DNA from: Ascoidea asiatica JCM 7603
Taxonomy: Eukaryota > Fungi > Ascomycota
NCBI GenBank assembly: GCA_001600695.1
Contig: BCKQ01000002.1
Span: 1,499,340-1,563,339, forward strand
DNA: 64,000 nucleotides
Direction: 5' to 3'
The position numbers were made by a program, and so were the translations under genes. The notes under the pieces are model-generated. The model was not told the DNA's origin. It ran no database searches and saw nothing but the letters and a program-made list of their open reading frames with translations. Positions 11,876-24,777 of this stretch are shown here, piece after piece. Each line of letters opens with the position of its first letter. The stretch's first letter is position 1.

Positions 11876-14800
11876 TTACTCGCTAGCCTCGGTAAATGAA
11901 TCAATAATCGAGGTTTGAAGTTTCTCAAACTCTTTTTTACCAGCAACTTCTCCAAGACTTGGCTCAAAAAACTTAGCTGAAGAGACCTTATGCCTAGTAT
12001 CAGATGTTGCTTCAGCAAGTTTTGACCATTGTGCACCACCAGAAACAGCTTTCTGAGCTTCTTCATAATAGCTTACAAAGGATTTCATCATGTCATATGT
12101 CTTCCATATAGGACAGAAGCAATCATAAGAAGAGTAACCATTTTGTTGCAAGAAATCTTCTTTGATTAATGTTGAAACATCTAAAGTAATTTTATCTGAA
12201 TCAGATAAAGCTGATTTACCAACTAATTGAACAACCTGCTCAAGCTCTTCCGCATTAGATAAAATTTCCTTGATTCTATCTCTAAGCACTGGAAATTCTG
12301 GATAATTATTATCATAGTATTTACCTAAAACATTAGTATATTTAGAATAAGAAATGGATGTATTAATAGATGGAAAATGTTTTCTTTGAGCCAATTTTTT
12401 ATCTAAACCCCAGAAAACTTGGGTAATACCCAATGTAGATGTAGTAACAGGATCTGAAAAATCACCACCGGCGGGAGAGACGGCTGCAACAATTGAAACA
12501 GAACCAATTCTTTCAGGGGAACCTAAAGCAACAGCTTTTCCAGCTCTTTCATAGAAAGATGCAAGTTTAGCACCAAGATAGGCAGGGAAACCTTGATCAG
12601 CAGGCATTTCACCAAGACGACCTGAAATTTCTCTTAAAGCTTCAGCCCAACGTGAAGAAGAATCCGCAATCATAGAAACATGCTTTCCCTGATCTCTAAA
12701 ATATTCAGCTAGAGTGATACCAGTATAGATTGAAGCCTCTCTAGCTGCAACAGGCATATTAGAAGTATTAGCGACTAAAGTAGTACGTTTCATAATAGGT
12801 TCTTTACGATCACCAATTGTTGTATATAATTCAGGGAACTCCATTAAAACTTCCGCCATTTCATTTCCTCTTTCACCACAGTTATGAACTAAGGCACAAT
12901 TTGACAATAAAAATTGACGATCAGAATCTTCTGAAAGTGTAATACCGAAATAATCAGCTTCTGAGGTTTGTGAAATATTAAAATGCATAGATTCAGGTAA
13001 TCGATCAACTTTAGTTGGAGCAGCGCATGATTTTCTTGGTAAGGCACATTTTGAAAGAACAGAAAACAATGTATTTCCGCCAGTCAAACATACTTTATAA
13101 GCATTTTTACTTTTAGCTCCTTCAACAGTATTCTTTTTAACGGAAGAAGCAGAAGCACGAATACCAAGAGATCTGGCTAAGGTAACAAGACCATCACGAA
13201 TTCCAGGATAAGTTGTTTCAACAGTTGCTGAAATTGGAGTTCCGTCATCGGCGTGTTTGACATTACCATCAGAATCGATTAATCCGGCAATATAGTTTTC
13301 ACGGAATTCAATAGTTTCTGAATTAAAAAAGGAAGGTATTGTTTTGGTTTCATTATTAAGACCAACTTCATTCATTAAGTTACTGAAAACATTGTTAACA
13401 TTGTGGCTTTTATCAGTTCCATTTCCGTTAATAGAAACAGATAGGTTAACAGAACAAGAGTTATTTGCGTTATTGTTTCCAGACCACATTCCAAAAAGAT
13501 AACCCATTTTGCTAGTTAATAATTTTGAATAGCCATTGCTTTCTAAAATACTTCCAACTTTGTTGTTTTCTAAAAGAACAGGACTAATAAGCATTTGAGT
13601 AGCTTCACGTACATTTTCGTCTAAAAGTTCAATATCTTTTGCTTCAATAATCCAATAGAAATCATCTGCTGATATGCTTGAAGAAAATTCTTTGGCTAAT
13701 TTATGAGCGTTTTCTTTACCACCATTGGAACCATGTTCAAAGCCTTGACTAAACTCTTTTACCAATTTGATTTCACGATTGTTGACACCTCCTGCAATAG
13801 CAGAAGGAATAATCATAGTTTGTTCCAAGAAATAGAAGACAGAAGTTTGCTCTTTACCATCAATAGTATTGTCAACAAGTCTGATTTGTTGTGGAGTTTT
13901 TAGAACTAACTTATGATTAGAATTACATTTATAAGAAATAAGACCAAATGCATCATCTGTATTGTTAGTTTGAATTTTTTGGGTGACGTCATACATTGTA
14001 TCTCTACCACGAGGTAAATAAACAACTTCTCTTCCATTACCATCTTTACCCATAACTTTATCGCCAACTTTGATATTTTCAATCATTTCTTCTTCACCAT
14101 TAGCCATTAAAACACCGGTACCTTTTGCAAAACAACCAACATAAATAATTACATCGGAATTTGAATATTTGGACAATGACTGTGAAATAACAGTTTTTCC
14201 ACATCCAAAAGCACCAGGGATACATGTAGTTCCACCTTGAACACAAGGAAATAAAGCATCCAAAACTCTTTGACCAGTTAATAAAGGATAATCAGCAGAT
14301 AATTTTTGAGCTACAGGTCTTGGAGCACGGACAGGCCATGTATGCATCATAGAATATGTTTGTTTTTTGCCATCAAATTCAACTTCTAAAATTGGATGAT
14401 CAACAGTATAGGAACCAGCCTCCGCAATGAAAGTGATAGTACCTCTTGCACGAGGAGGTAATAATATTTTATGATCATCTAATAAAGAATTCTCATATAT
14501 TGAACCAAAAATATCACCTCCAGTTATATGATCACCGACTTTTAAAGAGCCTGGGGTGAAAGAATATTCTACAGTTCTTGATAAAGCTGGAGCATCAATA
14601 CCTCTAGGAATATAAATTGATTGAGATTTTTCTTTAATAGCTTTTAAAGGCCTTTGAATACCATCATAAATCGTTTCCATTAAACCTGGACCTAATTCAA
14701 CAGATAATGGTTTACCAGTTCTAAGAACGGGGTCACCTACAGTTACACCGGCAGTTTCTTCATAAACTTGAATGGTACATTTATCACCATCAATTCTAAT

Positions 14801-15214
14801 AACCTCTCCTACAAGATTATCATGTCCAACTTTAACTAATTCGTACATAGCACAACCAATCATGTTTTCTGCAACAATGACTGGACCAGAAACAGAAAAA
14901 ATCTGACCATATTCATTTTCCTCAAAATCATCTAAGGAAAGACGTTTTATTTCTTTACGAGCGTTTTCAATTGCACCAGCCTATGTTTAAAAAAGTATTT
15001 ATTGTCAGTAAAAATGAATTCCAAATAATTGTTTAACTTAAAGCTTAGATCCTATGTTGTGATAATTTCAAACTGAGGACATAATCACTGTTCCACATCT
15101 AGAAAAGCGTAGATTAAACCCTTGAAGTGAATTGCATCAACTAAAAATCAGACGAAAGAAAAAAAGAATTGAACCTTTAGATGAAAACTAGAAATAAATT
15201 CGAAAACTTACCAT
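11876..15214 (-). CDS. VMA1: V-ATPase catalytic subunit A with intein; exons 15214-15212 (ATG only) and 14980-11876
   Basis: ATG|GTAAGT intron 15211-14981 (branch TACTGAC, TAG) gives [14 protein letters not shown]. Walker A GAFGCGKT and GERGNEM are present. Confidence 0.98.
12881..14134 (-). mobile_element. VMA1 intein (VDE/PI-SceI-like), 418 aa, with a degenerate LAGLIDADG homing endonuclease
   Basis: In-frame insert YVG|[13 protein letters not shown]...CNSNHKLV...[10 protein letters not shown]...[24 protein letters not shown]|CGERG at the canonical VMA1-a site. Confidence 0.97.
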
Positions 15215-15371
15215 TTTTAATAGATAGTTATATAATGACTTTCACTTAACAATTAAAATAGTTAAATTGATTAAAAACTAATTTACTTATAAATTGGAAG
15301 GCCTGTTTTAAAGGAATACAGCTTGCTTAAAACTTGCAACCATAATGTCATGAAATTTCCACTGGAATACA

Positions 15372-15379
15372 CCGGGTAA
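15372..15379. promoter_or_regulatory. Reb1-type site CCGGGTAA in the VMA1 / PQ-loop divergent promoter
   Basis: Exact consensus about 160 bp upstream of the VMA1 ATG; the same motif occurs at 62098-62105 upstream of NUP133. Confidence 0.55.
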
Positions 15380-15667
15380 CAAAATCCGTGTTGTTGGATC
15401 TATTTTAAAATCTTAGGATGCAGCTTAAGTAAATATAGGACATAGTGTTTGACAACAATGTTCGTTAAATCCAAATTGAGCAAATACACATGATATATAC
15501 AACCCCGTTTTTGTGGTTCCAAAATTCTCTCCAAATGTACAGTAATTCCAATTGAAACCCGGTTAAATTAATAGAATTTTAATTTCAAAGTGTATGAGAG
15601 TTATTAACTTTTTAATAAATAAATGTAAATTCAAGACAAATATTTCGATTTTAACAAAAAATAATTT

Positions 15668-16654
15668 ATGATAATAATTCTTTCAGTAAAATTAAATTTA
15701 TTGTTTACTATGATGTCAGATTTTTTTTTAATCTTGTCTGAGTTTTTAAATTTATTATCTTTACAGGCTCAAGCTTCTTTCAATAATAAAAAAGCTTCGG
15801 TTTATGGTTTATCAACAGATTTTATTTTATTTACATTTATTTCAAATCTCCTAGGAATTCTTACATCAATATTTTATAAATGCAATAGTCGGATAGTAAT
15901 TCAATTTTTTAATCGATATCCTTCATTACTTTTAAAAGATCAAGAATTGAAAGTACCATTTTCAAACTCAATTTTTTTAATCAATTTAATTCAGTGTTGT
16001 CTTTCAATATATCTAATAATTCAATTTTTTAAAACATTTAAAGAAACTCAGCATATATATCAATCAATTTCATCATTTTCCATCCTTTTTTATTCTTTAT
16101 TTTTTCTCACAATACTTATATTATTTTATCTCTTAATATTTACCAAAGATCTATCTTCGACTTATAATAAAGGGATTCATAAATTTGGATTTTTTTTTAT
16201 TGACATAATTGAATTCACATTTGTATTTAGTCAATTTGTAAAACAATTTAAATTTTTCCCACAAATTTTTTTGAATTATTTATCAGGAGATTTTGTTGGA
16301 TTAAGTTTTAATTCTTTGGTATTAAATTTAGTTTCTGTGATTGTTTTAATTTTCCAATCAATTTTTTTGGATACTTCAATTAACACGTCAGTTAATTCTT
16401 CAATTAATTATCAATTTTATTTAATTTTCAATTTATTCAATTTATTTTCTAACTCAGTTTTATTATTCGAATACTATTTTTTCAATAATAATAAAACTTT
16501 TATATCCTCAAAACTAGATATAACTTCAATCAATTTGCCTTTAAAAAATAAAAATCAGAAAATTAAAAATAATGAATTAAATGTAAATAACTCAAGCACA
16601 TATTTACCTTTAAATTCATTATCCAAATCCTTGACCAGTAACCGATTAGACTAA
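15668..16654 (+). CDS. PQ-loop membrane protein, divergent cystinosin/Ers1-like (start may be 15710)
   Basis: Multiple hydrophobic helices; SVYGLSTDF and KFFPQIFLNY..VGLSF resemble the two PQ-loop repeats. Confidence 0.7.
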   Translation: MIIILSVKLNLLFTMMSDFFLILSEFLNLLSLQAQASFNNKKASVYGLSTDFILFTFISNLLGILTSIFYKCNSRIVIQFFNRYPSLLLKDQELKVPFSNSIFLINLIQCCLSIYLIIQFFKTFKETQHIYQSISSFSILFYSLFFLTILILFYLLIFTKDLSSTYNKGIHKFGFFFIDIIEFTFVFSQFVKQFKFFPQIFLNYLSGDFVGLSFNSLVLNLVSVIVLIFQSIFLDTSINTSVNSSINYQFYLIFNLFNLFSNSVLLFEYYFFNNNKTFISSKLDITSINLPLKNKNQKIKNNELNVNNSSTYLPLNSLSKSLTSNRLD

Positions 16655-17375
16655 ATCACAATTTATCCATTATGATTTTCAATTTTATATATAAAAATAT
16701 ACCACTATCAAAAGTTAAATAAGATCAAAAGTGGTTAAAATCATTTAGTTCAATTAAAGTTTCTTTAGTTTACTTAATAAGCTAACCTTTATAATGAAAA
16801 GATCCAGAACTTTGGTCTCTAACGTAAATGTATTTGCAAAAATATATTTCTGGAGCACAAAAGAAATATGAATTTATTTCCAAAATATTCTCTTCTCAAG
16901 TAATAATGCTAATGCTGCTTGCTGGCTTTTTCATTTTTTTTTTGGCTGTCGTTGGAAGGATGCGAATTTTTATTATAACCTTTACCTAGAGTATAATCCT
17001 ATATAAACACATATAGCTTTCATTAATAGAATCTTAATGCAAAACCAAATTGCTATTCATAATAATATCTCTTATAATTCTTTCAGGAAAAATATTTTAC
17101 GATGTGAGAAAAAATAGTGTTTATTCAACAAAATGTGTATTAAAATAAAGTCATAAAACAAAAATAATTATGCAAAAAACCAAATAAAAATTGCCATACA
17201 CTTTATGGTGAACAAAACCAGTTTTATAAAAAGAAGAAAGTTTTTTTTAAACCCAACCCAAAAGTTGAAAAGAATTATGAAAAATTTTGATAAAATTGAA
17301 AAATTTACTAGCAAACTTATTTTAAAGAAATATATTTTTTTCAGAAAAAAGAAAAGGCTTGATTTTCTTTTTTGT

Positions 17376-19369
17376 TCACTTTTCTTCTGTGACTTTAATG
17401 TCTAAGTCTTTGAAATCTTTGGAAATTTCATCGGGTGAAGATTCTAAAGTTTGATCATCTTTATCGCTTTCAACACTATTTGAATTTGTTCGAATAATTT
17501 CAGCAGTGTTTAAATTGTTGTTTTGACTATAATGATAATCATTATTATCAGTATTATTTGTATTGTTATAGTTCTTATGATTACTTCTGTGGCTATTCTT
17601 ATGATTATAGTTGTTATTGTGATAATTATTATTTGTGTTATTGGAATTTCTGTATGAGCCTTTCGAAAAATTTCTCTTGTACTTATAATTATTGTTACTA
17701 TTATTATTAGTATTGTTATTATTACTATTATTACTATTATTACTATGATTATTATTGATATTATTATTGTTGCTATTATTAGTTATAATATTATTGTTAT
17801 TATTACTAATGTTATTATTGATTCCATTATTATTCATCATTACGCCTGGAGGCATATACATATTTTGAGGCTGTACCATATAATTTGGATAGGCAGGGGC
17901 AAAATAGCCTGGATTGAAATTTTGAGGGTAATAAGGGGGTATTTCATTTATGTTTCCATTACTATTATTACGAGAATTATAATTGGAATTATCAGAAGTA
18001 GGATTCATTAAAGTATTCAAATTATTATTGCCAAAGTAATTTCCGCCTTTATTTGTATTATAATTTGAATAATTATTTGAGTTCATATTAGGAGATTTAC
18101 TTGGTCTCAATGTTGGAGAGTTAGGGTGAGATGTGGAAGGATTAGATCGTGGTGGGCGCGGAAGTAATAAATTATAATTTGAATTAGATGATTGAGGTAA
18201 TTGTGGCATAGAATGCTGATGAATTAAAGAAGGAGTATTTATCATTGGGGGAGCTAAAGGTTGAAAATATTGGGGATTTTGAGGAGAAAGGGCATTAGGT
18301 CCCATCATTGAAGAATTCGATGAACCATTGGTAGGAAGTAACCCCATACCCATATTCATATTCATACCAAATGGTGGAAACATCTGAGGAGTTTGCATTT
18401 GAGAAAAATAAGGTGAATTCCATTGATTTTTCATATTATCATAATTATTATTTAAATTACCATTATTAATAGAATGTGATATATTATTATCACTGTTTAT
18501 ACTATTATTTGACATGTTTCTATTATTATTTCTTCTATTTGAGTGTTTTTTATAGTTATTTGGATTCATCATTAAATTATTTTGATTATAATAATTATTA
18601 GGTAAAGGAGATGGAAAATAATTAGTTGGGTAAAATGGAGAATTAAACCTATCAAAATTTGGATCCATATACTGATTTTCATACCTATCATATGAATTAT
18701 ACATATTATTTGGATTATAATTATAATTTGATTTATAATCAAATTGAGAGTCATTAATTTCTGAATTTTCGATATCTTCATTATATTCATCATCATCAAG
18801 ATCATCATCAGGTTCACCTTCATTATCTTTATAAATTCTTTCTTTCGCTTGAATATAAAGAGCTTCTTTTGAAGCCCTTTCAGATTCAAGAGTTGGATTA
18901 GATTCGTTATTTACTTGAGGTGTGAAAGTATGATCTCTTTTATTTAAAAAATCTTGATGTTTTTGTTCCTTTTGTTCTTTTTCAATTTTAGCCTTTTCAT
19001 CTAACAATCTTTTAACATCTTCTTTTCTTTTCATAATTTTAAAAGCATGATGATCTATACTATTGCTTAAAGTTTTACTACTATTGTTATTGTTGTTATT
19101 ATTATTGTTTTTGTTTTTATTATTAGTAGTAGTATTAGTAGCATTATTATTACTACTACTATTATTGATACTATTATTATTATAATTATTGGTATTATTA
19201 TTATTAGTAGTATTGATAGTGTTATTATTAACGCTATTATTGATATTAGTACTTTTATTAGCATTATTATTCGTGTTGTTATTTTTGATATTATAAGTGC
19301 GAGGAGGTAAAATAAAATTGTTAACAGGTGGAGGAATATTGTTATTGAAATTATTTAAGTTTGAGCCCA

Positions 19370-19402
<33 letters not shown>

Positions 19403-20600
19403 GAGGATTCAAATTTGTAATATTGTTATTGATCATAGAAACGTTAGTATTTAGATTATTATTCATATTGAAATTGTTATTATAATTATTATTAAATTTA
19501 TTATTAAAATTATTGTTCATATTATTATTGATGTTATGATTGAGATTATTGATATGATTATTGGTATTATTATTATTAATATTATTATTATTATTAATAT
19601 TATTATTACTATTACTATTACTATTATTATTATTAACATTATGGTTATTATTGTGATTATTGTGATTATTATTGATATTATTATTATAGTTATTATTACG
19701 AATAATTTTTTTGGATATATCATTATTGAAATTGTTGATAGAAGGATCTATTGGTAAAGGTTTATTATTAACAAAATCCGGAATAGTTGATAGATGAATT
19801 TTTTGTTTGATGTGAGTATCTTGATCATTTGTTGAAATTGTAATACTATTATTGTTCTCATTATCTAAATCTTCTTCTTTAACATTTAATTGATTTGGGG
19901 GAGTGAAATTTTTATATACAACGACAGAAACACCATCATTACCTAAGATATGACCTAAATCATGATAATCAGCTATATGATGAGCTAATAATCTATAATA
20001 TGAATTCATTGGTTTTAATTTATAAGAATTTACATTTGAAGTTACGAATTCTAATAAAGAAGATTCTAATCTTAATACAAATTGTCTATCACGAGTATTG
20101 AATAAAGCGCCAACAAGACAATCACTTAAACCATATTTATTTGAATTATTATTTGTATTTGTAGTAGAATTTGTATTGGCGGTTAAATTTGAAGTACCAT
20201 TAGTATTAATTTTATTATTATTACTGTCATTTAAATTATTGGTATTATTAGCGATTGTGTTACCATTGATATTTGAATTTAAACTTGAATTTGAAATTGA
20301 ATTAATAGATTGTTTTAAATTGGAATCAGAATTTGATTCTATAGTAGTAGCATTTGATTTAATGGATTTAATTGATTTATCTGATATATGTGATGTATTT
20401 GAATTATTTGAATTATCAGTTACATTTTCAGATAAATTTGAAGTTGGAGTCGAAGGATTAATTGAAGTAGATATTGAAGAATTTTTAGAATCTAAATTTA
20501 AATTACTTTGATTATTTAACTCATGCTTAACATTGTTATTTTTATTATTATTGTCAGTTGAATTTGAATTTGAATGAGAATGAGATAAAATTTCAGTCAT
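17376..20600 (-). CDS. RBS1: R3H-SUZ RNA-binding protein with long Asn-rich prion-like regions
   Basis: RDRQFVLRLE..PMNSYYRLLAHHIADYHDLGH (R3H); FKIMKR...ERASKEALYIQAKERIY (SUZ); near ARF1/RPL35/UFD2 as in S. cerevisiae. Confidence 0.85.
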
Positions 20601-22989
20601 TTTTTTAAATATGAGCTATATTTTAGCAAATTTTTATAAAAACTAAATTATTTTATAATATATTTATATTAAGATAATTTAGTGTATAAATTCAAGAATC
20701 AATTGAATAAATAATTAAATGATTGAAATTTTTATATTTTTAAAATATAATTATCTGAGTATATGTATGATATTGAAAATTGAAAAATAAAATAAGGAAA
20801 TTATTATTTGATAAGAAAAGCCAACTGAAAATATAAAATATTATTGAAAATTATGTCAATTTAACTTTTTTTAATGTTTAAAATAATTTTATTTATCAGT
20901 AAATTTATTTTAATAATAATTTTCGAAATTGTTTTAAAATTAATTTTTCAATAAAACGAATGATTTATAAATATTATAGAAACAAAATAAGATTTGCTTT
21001 TAAGAAATTAGTAATTGAGTTATATTAAAAACGATGAAGTTGAAATTTTAAATCAGGGGAGTATTATAATCAAGCAATTTTGAATTATGTTTTTTTTTTT
21101 AATAAATACTTAGGAGTACCCACAGTATATTTTTGAATTATTCTTCAGTTTCGAATATAATTTGAAGTTATATTACTACTACCCAGCAGAAATTTTAAAT
21201 AGGTTAAAAAAAAAAAAAAAAAAAAGATCAAGGTTGAAAAGCTAAATTCAAAATTTTGAAAGAAATTAAAAAGATCGAATTTGAAAACTAAATCAAAAAT
21301 GATATTTTGAAATTATTGAAATGAATTGAATTTGAATATTTGAGATCAATTATGCGAAATTGATTAATATTTTTATTGAAATAATAATAATATTTAATAG
21401 TTGGTTAACTATTGGAAGGAATTATTGGAAAGGTAATGATAGAGTAAAGTCCATAAAGTGATAATATTAAATAAGAATAAGAATAAGATAATATGATAAT
21501 ATAATAATATGAAAATATGATAATAATACAAAGGTTAATGATAGTACTCTGGGTAGGTATTGTAAGTGTCACGTACTGTATGAGCGACGTAGGCTTCGTT
21601 GCAGAGTGATGGCAGGCAGAGAGAGGGCAAACAGCGGGTACCTTCACTGTTTACTGTATCGCCCTGAAGCTCGCTCACTAGGGCTGTACCTTCACTTCTC
21701 ACGCTCACGCTTTCGGTATCGTACCGCTCTCTTTGATCAGTGTCCGGGGCCCGGAAGGCAGGGGTTCCAACCCCCAACGGCTTAAGTAATTGGTAGCTCA
21801 GCACTGAAAGTAAGAACCTCCAAGGCGAAAGCAATAACAATGGCTCACTCTTTTCAAACCACAAAGCCAACTACCACCTTCACGGTTGTGTCATGAACTC
21901 AGCTCATATGAATCCCCAAAGTCAGGTGCTGAAATTTCAAATTTCAAAAAGTCTTTTCTCGTGCCTTGGGCGGCTGTTCGAAGAAATTCAATCCGAGCGT
22001 TTCCGCTAGTATTCCGACTAGATTTCCAAATTCTATACTGTATAATACCACGTGCATTTATTGAAAATGTAGCACCGTCTTTAAGGATTACATTTAAGGT
22101 CACGCGACAAACCTCCGAATCCCCATAATCTAGAATTAATCATATTGAAAAATCCTTGAAATTCTTGAGATCTTCTTTTGTGTTTTCATTAAAGCCAGGT
22201 AGCGTTAAATATCAATTGAATAACAGAAGAGTGTCAACCTTTAATGCCTGGCAGTGTACATTTCAATCGAAGTAGTTGACTCTAGATTTTTTTTTCGTTT
22301 GACTCTAGACTTACTGTTTTCTGGAATCAAGAATAAAATCATTGATTAGTGATAGCGATGGCTGATACAAATTATAAAATTCAAATATTCTCTTACGCTT
22401 TTAGTAGTTATTTACAGGATTTGAAAACACCCATTAGTTCTTCTTATCAGTGATGTCTACTTTTGTTTCACCATGAATCTAGATATCAGAAATATTTTGG
22501 TGTTTGTGTTAGTTTGAGAAGCTACAGGGTATGTACTAGTAAAATATTGTTTTTTCAAGTATTATGTATTACTAGCACAAATAGTCCCGTGCTTTTTCTG
22601 CAAAAGCACGTTATTGTAACGTTTCCGGCATGAATATATGGAAAAGTAAAGAACACCTCACTTGTTCTGATTCTTCTTTAGATTCCACTTCAGTTATCTG
22701 ATTTCATAATTGATTATGTGTGAAGCACAAGCAAATAGTGCTTCTCCTATGGCACTTGTTCAGCAGCCAGTAAAAGCGGCGTGTCAGGCCAACCCCTTTT
22801 CCCACAGACAGCGCTTTCCTCCAAAACTAGGCAATTGAAGAAACTTCCAGTCGCGCCCTGCTATATGCATGTGCTTTCCATCCTTTCTCCTGCACTTTCT
22901 CCCTGTTTCTCAATTGTAGGCGGTGAATCGCTGAATTTACCAGACTGATTTTGTTCTGTTTGTAGTATTACCGGTAGAAATAGTACGTA

Positions 22990-23055
22990 GTAATAATAAT
23001 AATAATAATAATAGTAATAGTAATAGTAATAGTAATAGTAATAGTAATAGTATTA
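22990..23055. repeat. (AAT)n-(AGTAAT)n microsatellite
   Basis: Direct tandem repeats visible in the sequence. Confidence 0.9.
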
Positions 23056-23432
23056 CAGTAATGCCAATACTAATACTAATACTAATTAACTAATTAATTA
23101 CTGCTAATAGTATTAATACTAACAGTATCACGACTTTACTGCCATTTGTTTATATTCCTCTTTTTTTATTCACTTCATCCTCCATCTTCAAATCTTCAAT
23201 CTTAAGTCTTTATTCTCTATTCTCTATTCTTTATAGACATATCTGGCTTGTATTTGTTTTTTTATATCTTCTTTTATAACTTTCAAATATTTCTTCCATT
23301 TTTTTATTTCTTATTTCTATAATTAATATATCAATTATATCCCAAATCTTTTTACTTCTTATTCAATTAATTAATTCAATCATAGGTTAATTATTCCTAA
23401 TAATACATTTATAATATATATATTAATAAAAG

Positions 23433-24231
23433 GTATGTCTTGTTTCCTAAAAGTTAAATGATTATATAATTATATAATTACATATAGCTCCTATTTAATC
23501 ATATCAGTCAATAATATTTCTAGTTATCACTTCAATCAATCAATCAATTTTATTTTTGTATTATATATTTATTTATCAAATATATCTATGATATTTTAAA
23601 TTTCAATGGTAATATAAATAAATAAATTTAATAAAAGGGGAAAATAAAGAAAATCAAAAAAAAAGAGTAAATAAATATGAATCTGATTTACTTTCATATT
23701 ATTATTATATCGCTTCATTCATTTTACAAATTTTTTATTTCATTTCAGGGTTTTTTTTTCATAATTAGATGATTATCTAAAATAATCTAAAGAAATCAAT
23801 TACTTATATACTATTCCTTTGAAACAAACAAAAAAGAAAAGAAAAGGATTAATACATTTTTAACTCTATTTCTATATCCTAGGATTTTACATTATTTTGA
23901 TTGATTCATAGATTCAAACATAGTGATGATGATTTTGATTTTGAATTTTTTAAAAAGAGTTTAGAATATACTTATCTTACATTTCTTTAGCATTTATCAA
24001 GTACCTAATCTATTGATCTAATATATATTATACAAGATCAAAATTTAAACTTAGTTAAGGGATAAATTTGAATTAAATTATAAATGCAAATATAACTGAA
24101 TGTGATTGAAATTTGGCTTTGATGATTTAGGAAATTATTTAACTGTTATCAGTTTAATTTTATTTAATACTTCAAAATATTAAAAATAATTACTAACTTT
24201 TTTTTTTTATTTTCTTTTTTTATTTTATTAG
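23433..24231 (+). other. 5'-UTR intron of ARF1 (799 nt), ending immediately before the ATG
   Basis: GTATGT at 23433, TACTAAC at 24191, long poly-T tract, then TAG|ATG at 24231/24232. Confidence 0.85.

Positions 24232-24777
<546 letters not shown>

Noticed and set aside
17745-20511. Ile-rich short ORFs within RBS1 on both strands
   Set aside because: Frame and antisense artefacts of AAT repeats.
20990-21576. 5'-UTR intron for RBS1 (GTACGT at 21576 on the minus strand)
   Set aside because: Only a weak TACTAAT branch and no clear acceptor; cannot be supported without transcripts.
21742-21766. GGCCCGGAAGGCAG resembling SRP RNA helix 8
   Set aside because: Lacks the flanking CAGG/AGCAG internal loop, and I saw no Alu domain or nearby Pol III terminator.
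21405-22128. Several 70-111 aa ORFs in the RBS1-ARF1 intergenic region
   Set aside because: Overlap on both strands inside a GC island, with no recognisable motifs.
23923-24099. GTGATGA...CTGA as an intronic C/D snoRNA in the ARF1 intron
   Set aside because: Low-complexity AT-rich interior, no terminal stem and no recognisable rRNA guide.
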